Positions 58,111 to 64,000 of a stretch of DNA of 64,000 nucleotides are shown here, one piece after another. Source of the DNA: a virus. The stretch spans positions 1 through 64,000 of IMG/VR virus record IMGVR_UViG_3300021375_000013; one strand, written 5' to 3'. The number at the start of each line of letters is the position of its first letter. Positions within the stretch are counted from its first letter, which is position 1. The translations under genes were made by a program, and so were the position numbers. A model generated the notes under the pieces. The model worked only from the letters and a program-made list of their open reading frames with translations, was not told the origin of the DNA and made no database searches.

Positions 58111-59643
58111 ATGAAAATAGTTATAGCGGGTGGAGGAACTGCTGGTTGGTTATCAGCATTATTCCTAGCCAAACAAAATCTACATAGAGATAAACCAGCA
58201 TACGATATCACTTTAATAGAAAGTGAAGATATTCCTATAATCGGAGCTGGTGAAGGTTCAACTGGAGTACTACAAAAAGTACTTTTATCAACACTAACAC
58301 AATTAGAAGGATTTGGAGAGCAAGAGTTTTTTCAACATTGTAACACTACATTTAAATTAGGAATTGATTGTATTGATTGGAATGGAGTAGGTGATAGATT
58401 CTTTGAATCGTTATCTGGAACACAAACTTCATTGTGGCCATTGGATAGAGATTTTACTCTTTGTTCAAAATATGGAGTAGCTGCAGAATCTAGTCCTAAC
58501 AAATATCTTTGGGAAAAAAATCTAACACCATTTTTAAAAGCTGAAAGTAGTGATAGTTACGAAACTGGATATGCTTATCACTTTGATGCACATAAAGTTG
58601 GTGAGTGGTTTAAAAAGATTGCATTAGAAAACGGAATCAAACTTCAAATAGGTACAATAACTGATACAAATCTAAATCCTAAAAATGGTGAATTACAAAA
58701 AGTAATTTTAAAAGATGGAACTGAAATAGAATCTGATTTTTGGATTGATTGTACTGGATTCAATAGAGTATTAAGTAATGCAGTTGGAGCAGAGTGGGTT
58801 TCATATTCAGAATACTTACCAATCAATTCAGCATTAGTTTACACACATCAATATGAAGAGAATGAAGAAATACCAAATGTAACAACTGCTTGGGCAATGC
58901 CAAATGGTTGGATGTGGCAAATTCCAACTCAAGAAAGATTAGGATGTGGATATTGTTATTCTGATAAGTTTGTATCTGAGGAACAAGCTCTGAAAGAACT
59001 ACAAGAAGTTACTGGTAGAAAGATAACACCTCTTAGAACTATTAAGTTTGATAGTGGTAGGTTAAACGAAGTTTGGAAAAAGAATGTACTTTCAATAGGA
59101 TTATCATCTTCCTTCTTAGAACCATTAGAAGCAACATCGATACATTCATCTATAATTCAGTTAGTACAATTAACACAACATCACTTATCACCTTACAAAG
59201 AGGATATGATGAGAGAATCAAACGTCAAAGCAAATAATGAACACTTTAATATGATGTTAGATGAATTTAGAGGTTTGATTCAAATGCACTATATTACAAA
59301 AAGAAATGATACTCCATTTTGGAAATATGTACACAATGATTTGAAAAGAGACCCATTGGTTGAAAGTATTTTAGAAGTATGTAAATGGAGAGTTCCCAAT
59401 GCTAATGATTTTCCACATTACAATGGTTCAGCTGGTTGGGGTGTGTTTAATTGGATATTAGCAGGTAATGATTTAATTAGTAAAGAGGTATTAGATAAAT
59501 CCTTACATACTCATAATTTTGAAAAATCATCTGAACAAATTTATAAACATATGGTAAAACAGTATACATTTGATAGTAAACAACACTTTCCACATACTGA
59601 TTTTATCAAATGGACAAAAGATTTCGCAAAAAATCCAAAATAA
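58111..59643 (+). CDS. Flavin-dependent (tryptophan halogenase family) halogenase
   Basis: GGGTAG FAD motif, IGAGEGST, TFKLGI catalytic Lys region, AYHFDA, IDCTGF, WMWQIP (WxWxIP), FLEPLEATSI. Confidence 0.92.
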   Translation: MKIVIAGGGTAGWLSALFLAKQNLHRDKPAYDITLIESEDIPIIGAGEGSTGVLQKVLLSTLTQLEGFGEQEFFQHCNTTFKLGIDCIDWNGVGDRFFESLSGTQTSLWPLDRDFTLCSKYGVAAESSPNKYLWEKNLTPFLKAESSDSYETGYAYHFDAHKVGEWFKKIALENGIKLQIGTITDTNLNPKNGELQKVILKDGTEIESDFWIDCTGFNRVLSNAVGAEWVSYSEYLPINSALVYTHQYEENEEIPNVTTAWAMPNGWMWQIPTQERLGCGYCYSDKFVSEEQALKELQEVTGRKITPLRTIKFDSGRLNEVWKKNVLSIGLSSSFLEPLEATSIHSSIIQLVQLTQHHLSPYKEDMMRESNVKANNEHFNMMLDEFRGLIQMHYITKRNDTPFWKYVHNDLKRDPLVESILEVCKWRVPNANDFPHYNGSAGWGVFNWILAGNDLISKEVLDKSLHTHNFEKSSEQIYKHMVKQYTFDSKQHFPHTDFIKWTKDFAKNPK

Positions 59644-59644
59644 A

Positions 59645-59676
59645 TTTGGTAATCTCAAAATAATTTCTTATATTTG
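59645..59676 (+). promoter_or_regulatory. Bacteroidota-type promoter (TTTG-N20-TATATTTG)
   Basis: TTTG 59645-48, TATATTTG 59669-76. Confidence 0.8.
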
Positions 59677-59723
59677 TATCAACAAATGAGAAAATCAGCA
59701 TTTCAAAAAAAAAGTAAAAAAGA

Positions 59724-59755
59724 TTTGGAATTGTTGAAAACTTTTCGTATATTTG
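59724..59755 (+). promoter_or_regulatory. Second tandem Bacteroidota-type promoter (TTTG-N20-TATATTTG)
   Basis: TTTG 59724-27, TATATTTG 59748-55. Confidence 0.8.
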
Positions 59756-59798
59756 TATAAATAAATGGAGATAGACCTTCTTAAAACTAGGTTTTTTG

Positions 59799-59807
59799 AT
59801 ATTTATA
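59799..59807 (+). promoter_or_regulatory. Putative late promoter motif ATATTTATA upstream of the SSB gene
   Basis: Intergenic motif copy. Confidence 0.5.
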
Positions 59808-59873
59808 TAAGGTGTAGGAAAGACACCATAATAAAACCATTAAAATAAATAAAACTTTAAAATTTAAACAATT

Positions 59874-60698
59874 ATGGCACTAGATTTAAGCGCAATCAGA
59901 GGTAGACTGAACAAACTACAAAACACTTCCAATAGAACATCTAATCTATGGAAACCCACACCGGGTAAACATCAAGTAAGAATCGTTCCTTACAAATTCT
60001 CTCCTGAGAATCCTTTCATTGAATTATTCTTCCATTACAACATCAACAACAAAACGTATTTGTCTCCTTCTTCTTTTGGAAGACCAGACCCTATCGTTGA
60101 GTTTGCTGAAAAGTTGAAAAGAATGGGTGATAAAGAAGATTGGAAAGCAGCTAAGAAGATGGAACCAAAATTAAGAACTTTTGTACCTGTACTTGTAAGA
60201 GGAGAGGAATCAGAAGGAGTTAAGTTCTGGGGATTCGGAAAGACTGTTTATCAGGAAATCTTAGGTTACATCGCTGATCCTGATTATGGAGATATTACTG
60301 ACCCTACCAATGGTAGAGATATTACTATCGAATATACATCAGCTGAAGATGCAGGAACTTCTTATCCTGTAACTACTATCCGTGTTAAACCTAATGTAAC
60401 TCCATTAGGAGAAGATGCAACGGCAAATCAAAACTTTATGGAAACTCAAAGTAACATTACTGATATCTATTCAGAATTATCTTACGATGAGTTGAAATCA
60501 GTATTAGAAGGTTGGTTGAACCCAACAGCTGAAGAAGCTGAAGAGAGTGTTTCACAACAATCTCTAGCAACTCCATCAGCACCGAAAACTGAAGCTAAAG
60601 CAGCACCAGCTGCAGCACCTTCAAACGCGGTAAGTACTGAAGAGAAAAAGAAAATGGATGATGTTGCATCAGCATTTGATGATTTATTTAACGGATAA
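59874..60698 (+). CDS. gp32: Single-stranded DNA-binding protein (T4 gp32-like)
   Basis: WKP..GK..VRIVP...PF.E..FHY...DPI.E...K.WGFGK.VY..DITD...GRD; acidic C-terminal tail DDVASAFDDLFN. Confidence 0.88.
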   Translation: MALDLSAIRGRLNKLQNTSNRTSNLWKPTPGKHQVRIVPYKFSPENPFIELFFHYNINNKTYLSPSSFGRPDPIVEFAEKLKRMGDKEDWKAAKKMEPKLRTFVPVLVRGEESEGVKFWGFGKTVYQEILGYIADPDYGDITDPTNGRDITIEYTSAEDAGTSYPVTTIRVKPNVTPLGEDATANQNFMETQSNITDIYSELSYDELKSVLEGWLNPTAEEAEESVSQQSLATPSAPKTEAKAAPAAAPSNAVSTEEKKKMDDVASAFDDLFNG

Positions 60699-60708
60699 TA
60701 TACACTAA

Positions 60709-61827
60709 ATGGCAAAAAAAGAAATGGACTTAGCGGCGGAACTAGCTTCCGAGCTAAACAAAACAAACAAAGACCAAAAGGTTGCCTTCTTCTTAGGAGA
60801 GAATGATGCACCCACAAATGTGGATGGATGGATATCAACTGGCTGTGCTATGTTAGATGTTGCCATTTCGAATCGCCCTTATGGTGGACTTCCTGTTGGA
60901 AGGATTACTGAAGTAACTGGTTTAGAACAAAGTGGAAAATCATTAGTATCTGCACACCTCCTTGCTGAAACACAAAAGCAAGGCGGTGTTGCGGTTCTAA
61001 TCGATACTGAAACTGCGGTAAGTAGAGAGTTCTTAGAAGCAATTGGTGTAGATGTAGCAAAACTACTTTATGTATCAGCTGATTCGGTAGAACAAATTTT
61101 CGAATTTACTGAAACAATCATTGAAAAGGTAAGAACCACACAAAAGGATAAATTAGTTACAATTGTAGTAGATTCAGTTGCAGCAGCTTCAACTAAGAAT
61201 GAGTTGGCAGCTGATTATGGCAAAGATGGATATGCTACTGATAAAGCTATTATTATCTCAAAAGCGATGAGAAAGATTACCAATCTAATTGGTAGGCAAA
61301 AAATCACCTTAGTATTCACTAATCAATTAAGACAAAAGATGAATGCTATGTTTGGTGACCCTTGGACTACTTCTGGAGGAAAAGCTCTTGCATTCCATGC
61401 ATCGGTTAGACTTCGTTTGAAGAATATGGGACAAATCAAACAAAAGGTAAATGGTAAAGATAGAACCATTGGTATGAAAGTTAGATGTCAAGTGATTAAG
61501 AATAGAATGGGACCACCTCTTAGAGCGGCTGATTTTGAAATCTTCTTCGATAGAGGAATCGATAACTTCGGTTCTTGGATTGGAGTAATGAAAGAAAATA
61601 AGTTAGTATCACAAGGTGGAGCATGGTACACATATGTTGATACGGAAACTGGTGAGGAAATTAAATTCCAATCCAAAGATTTCATCGATTTGATGGAAGA
61701 AAGAGAAGATGTTAAAGAACAAATCTATAAAAAGATTTGTGAAGCAACTATCTTACAATACAAATCAGATTCTAAAGATATCGAAGCACATGAGTTAGAT
61801 ACTGAGGGAGCTGAGGTAGTAGATTAA
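60709..61827 (+). CDS. uvsX: RecA/UvsX recombinase
   Basis: STG...LD.A...GGLP.GRI.E..GLEQSGKS (Walker A), IDTE, IVVDSVAA, FTNQLR, TSGGKAL.F.ASVR. Confidence 0.95.
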   Translation: MAKKEMDLAAELASELNKTNKDQKVAFFLGENDAPTNVDGWISTGCAMLDVAISNRPYGGLPVGRITEVTGLEQSGKSLVSAHLLAETQKQGGVAVLIDTETAVSREFLEAIGVDVAKLLYVSADSVEQIFEFTETIIEKVRTTQKDKLVTIVVDSVAAASTKNELAADYGKDGYATDKAIIISKAMRKITNLIGRQKITLVFTNQLRQKMNAMFGDPWTTSGGKALAFHASVRLRLKNMGQIKQKVNGKDRTIGMKVRCQVIKNRMGPPLRAADFEIFFDRGIDNFGSWIGVMKENKLVSQGGAWYTYVDTETGEEIKFQSKDFIDLMEEREDVKEQIYKKICEATILQYKSDSKDIEAHELDTEGAEVVD

Positions 61828-61842
61828 ATAAAATAATAAGTT

Positions 61843-62088
61843 ATGAGCAAATTAAAAGAAATGTTACAAGCATCTGCGAAAGCAGATAGAGCGAAAGCAC
61901 TCCTTACTTTGGAGTTGTTAGAGAATAAAGCAGTAGGTATTGGAGACCACTCAACTGAGGATTTTTATAAAAACGCAGAAGAGGCACTATCCAAACTATG
62001 TGATGCAGAAGATAGATTACAAACTATCGATAATTATTTCGGTGAAGGTATTCACAACTATTTTTCTGATTCAACAACAACTACATAA
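61843..62088 (+). CDS. Small conserved hypothetical protein
   Basis: 81-aa helical ORF with VGIGDH, coupled to its neighbours. Confidence 0.75.
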   Translation: MSKLKEMLQASAKADRAKALLTLELLENKAVGIGDHSTEDFYKNAEEALSKLCDAEDRLQTIDNYFGEGIHNYFSDSTTTT

Positions 62089-63134
62089 TGAAAGACCTCT
62101 ATAAAAACATTCTAAACGAAGTTGAGCAGGAACGAGAAACTAATCACCTTCGAGAAAGAAATAGTAGAGTTCTAATTATTGATGGACTAAACACCTTTAT
62201 CCGTAGCTGGACAACCAACCCTACAATGAATGAGGATGGTGACCATACGGGTGGGGTGATTGGCTCCCTCAAATCTATTGGATACCAAATTAGAGAATTT
62301 AATCCAACCCGATGTATCGTAACCTTTGATGGTAAAGATGGTTCTCAATCCAGAAAGAAAATCCACGAAGGATATAAAGCTGGTAGAGAAAAGAACCGAT
62401 TTAGAGTAAACCGTCAATATCAAGGTATGATGGATGAGGAAGAGGAAAGATTATCTATGAAACAACAATTCGTTTGGTTAAATGATATTTTAGATTATCT
62501 ACCAGTATCAACAATGATTTATGATGGTATTGAAGCAGATGATACAATAGCATATATAACTAAACACAATGAATCAGATTTAGGTAATGAGGTTGTTATT
62601 GTTTCAACTGATAAAGATTTCCTTCAATTGGTTTCTGATAAGGTAAAGGTATTCTCACCAACTAAAAAGAAGTTATACGATAGACAGATGGTGTTTGATG
62701 AGTATGGAATTTGGCCTGAGAATCTTTTATTATATAGAACATTGGATGGTGACAAATCAGATAACATACCAGGCATCAGAGGATGTGGTATTAAAACTCT
62801 TTTAAAGAGGTTTCCTGAACTTTCTGAAGATAGAACTATAACACATAAAGAATTCTTTGAACTGTGTGAGGAGAAGCAAGGTAAAATCAAAATGTATGAT
62901 GATATCTTAAAAGCAAAAGACCAACTTCTTATGAACAAAAGATTGATGGAGTTAGACCAACCCCACATTCCAACAAATCAGAAGTTGAAAATCTTAGATA
63001 GATTCAATCAGAATGATATTGAATTTAAGAAGTTAGATTTTCTTAGAGTAGGTCAAAAATACAAAATTCTTCAAAATTGGAGAGATATTAACGATTGGTT
63101 ACATTCAACCTTTCATAATATTATTACAAAATAA
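62088..63134 (+). CDS. rnh: 5'-3' exonuclease / T4 RNase H-like flap nuclease
   Basis: LIIDGLN, FDG, YKAGR, EADD.IAY, STDKDFLQL, GDKSDNIPGI.G.G.KT. Confidence 0.93.
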   Translation: MKDLYKNILNEVEQERETNHLRERNSRVLIIDGLNTFIRSWTTNPTMNEDGDHTGGVIGSLKSIGYQIREFNPTRCIVTFDGKDGSQSRKKIHEGYKAGREKNRFRVNRQYQGMMDEEEERLSMKQQFVWLNDILDYLPVSTMIYDGIEADDTIAYITKHNESDLGNEVVIVSTDKDFLQLVSDKVKVFSPTKKKLYDRQMVFDEYGIWPENLLLYRTLDGDKSDNIPGIRGCGIKTLLKRFPELSEDRTITHKEFFELCEEKQGKIKMYDDILKAKDQLLMNKRLMELDQPHIPTNQKLKILDRFNQNDIEFKKLDFLRVGQKYKILQNWRDINDWLHSTFHNIITK

Positions 63135-63135
63135 A

Positions 63136-63167
63136 TTAGGTTTATTCAAATATTTTTCTTATATTTG
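63136..63167 (+). promoter_or_regulatory. Bacteroidota-type promoter variant (TTAG-N20-TATATTTG)
   Basis: Same spacing and near-identical spacer (caaatatttttct) as the 52073 promoter. Confidence 0.7.
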
Positions 63168-63188
63168 TAAAATCAAATTAGGTTATAG

Positions 63189-64000
63189 ATGCAAAATATA
63201 GATACTCTTTCCAAATACGGACAATCATTTCAAACAAAGGTTTTATCATCTTTGATTACTGATGTTCGTTTATTGGATACTCTTAGTGAGATTATACATC
63301 CAAAGTTTTTTGAAGCTGAAGCTAATAAATGGATAGCAGAAGAGATTGTTTCTTATTACGATGAGTTTAAGAAATCTCCAACGTTAGATGTTTTCAAATC
63401 AGAGGTTTCAAAGTTAGATGATAGAGGTTTTCAGAAAAGTATAGTGGAGCAACTAAAATCAGTATTTACCAAAGTTGGTGATTCTGATTTAGATTATGTA
63501 AAGAAAGAGTTTTCTTCTTTTTGTATCAACCAAAACCTAAAACAAGCTATTGTTAGTTCAGTTGATTTACTAAAAGCTGGTAACTATGATAGAATCAAAG
63601 ATTTAGTAGATAAAGCAATGAAGGTAGGAGTGGATTCAGATATGGGACACGATTACCTTTTAGATTTTGAAGAAAGAACTAACGAAGTTAATAGAAGTAC
63701 AGTTCCAACTGGTTGGGATTGTATTAATGAATTGATGGATGGTGGTTTGGGACCTGGCGAATTAGGAGTAGCAGTAGCACCTTCTGGTGTTGGTAAAACT
63801 TGGGTACTATGTGCATTAGGAGCAGCAGCTGTTAAGCAAGGATTAAATGTAGTACATTACTCTTTAGAATTATCAGAACATTATGTGGGACAGAGATACG
63901 ATACTGTATTTACACAAATCCCATCTGCAGATGTGAAAGATAAGAAAGAAGTAGTATTAGATAAAATTGGTAGATTAAGTGGAAAACTTCTTATTAAGTA
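63189..64000 (+). CDS. Replicative DnaB-like helicase (gp41-like), partial
   Basis: MQNIDTLSKYGQSFQTKVLSSL..., VPTGW..IN..MDGGLGPGELGVAVAPSGVGKTW (Walker A), HYSLELS; runs off the window. Confidence 0.9.
   Translation, partial: MQNIDTLSKYGQSFQTKVLSSLITDVRLLDTLSEIIHPKFFEAEANKWIAEEIVSYYDEFKKSPTLDVFKSEVSKLDDRGFQKSIVEQLKSVFTKVGDSDLDYVKKEFSSFCINQNLKQAIVSSVDLLKAGNYDRIKDLVDKAMKVGVDSDMGHDYLLDFEERTNEVNRSTVPTGWDCINELMDGGLGPGELGVAVAPSGVGKTWVLCALGAAAVKQGLNVVHYSLELSEHYVGQRYDTVFTQIPSADVKDKKEVVLDKIGRLSGKLLIK

Noticed and set aside
59686-59760. 24-aa ORF MRKSAFQKKSKKDLELLKTFRIFV between the tandem promoters
   Set aside because: Its 3' half is simply the second promoter sequence; no independent coding evidence
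93-62968. Numerous short minus-strand ORFs in the ORF track
   Set aside because: All overlap well-supported + strand genes and show no recognisable motifs
1-64000. tRNA/rRNA genes, introns, inteins, integrase, holin, alternative genetic code
   Set aside because: None recognised; intergenic gaps are short, and the RecA, exonuclease and giant ORFs read uninterrupted in the standard code

Overview
This is 64 kb of an AT-rich, large contractile-tailed (myovirus, T4-like modules) phage genome, with essentially all real genes on the + strand. Bases 1-40.8 kb are a virion fibre/appendage region dominated by three giant repeat-built proteins (5407, 3724 and 3156 aa) plus small adaptor, chaperone and adhesin genes. 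Bases 40.8-52 kb are the tail module: sheath, tube, a chaperone with a likely frameshift, tape measure, tube initiator, LysM/wedge and hub. Bases 52-64 kb hold a short divergent family-A polymerase, an endolysin, a flavin-dependent halogenase, gp32-like SSB, RecA/UvsX, a 5'-3' exonuclease and a partial DnaB helicase. TTTG-N20-TATATTTG promoters and scarce Shine-Dalgarno sites point to a Bacteroidota host, and a second motif (ATA[T/C]TTATA) precedes structural genes. The most unusual signals are in the giant proteins: 17 helical repeats with an invariant C-x-R-D motif resembling the phycobiliprotein bilin-attachment site, four nested out-and-back beta-domain cassettes, intact type-1-copper-like sites, an inserted zincin-like domain, about 1500 residues of nearly Pro-free Gly-Ser/Thr-Ser repeats, and a pervasive (S/T)-(G/A/S)-S tripeptide concentrated in predicted surface proteins. 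All functional calls come from reading motifs by eye; no searches were run.
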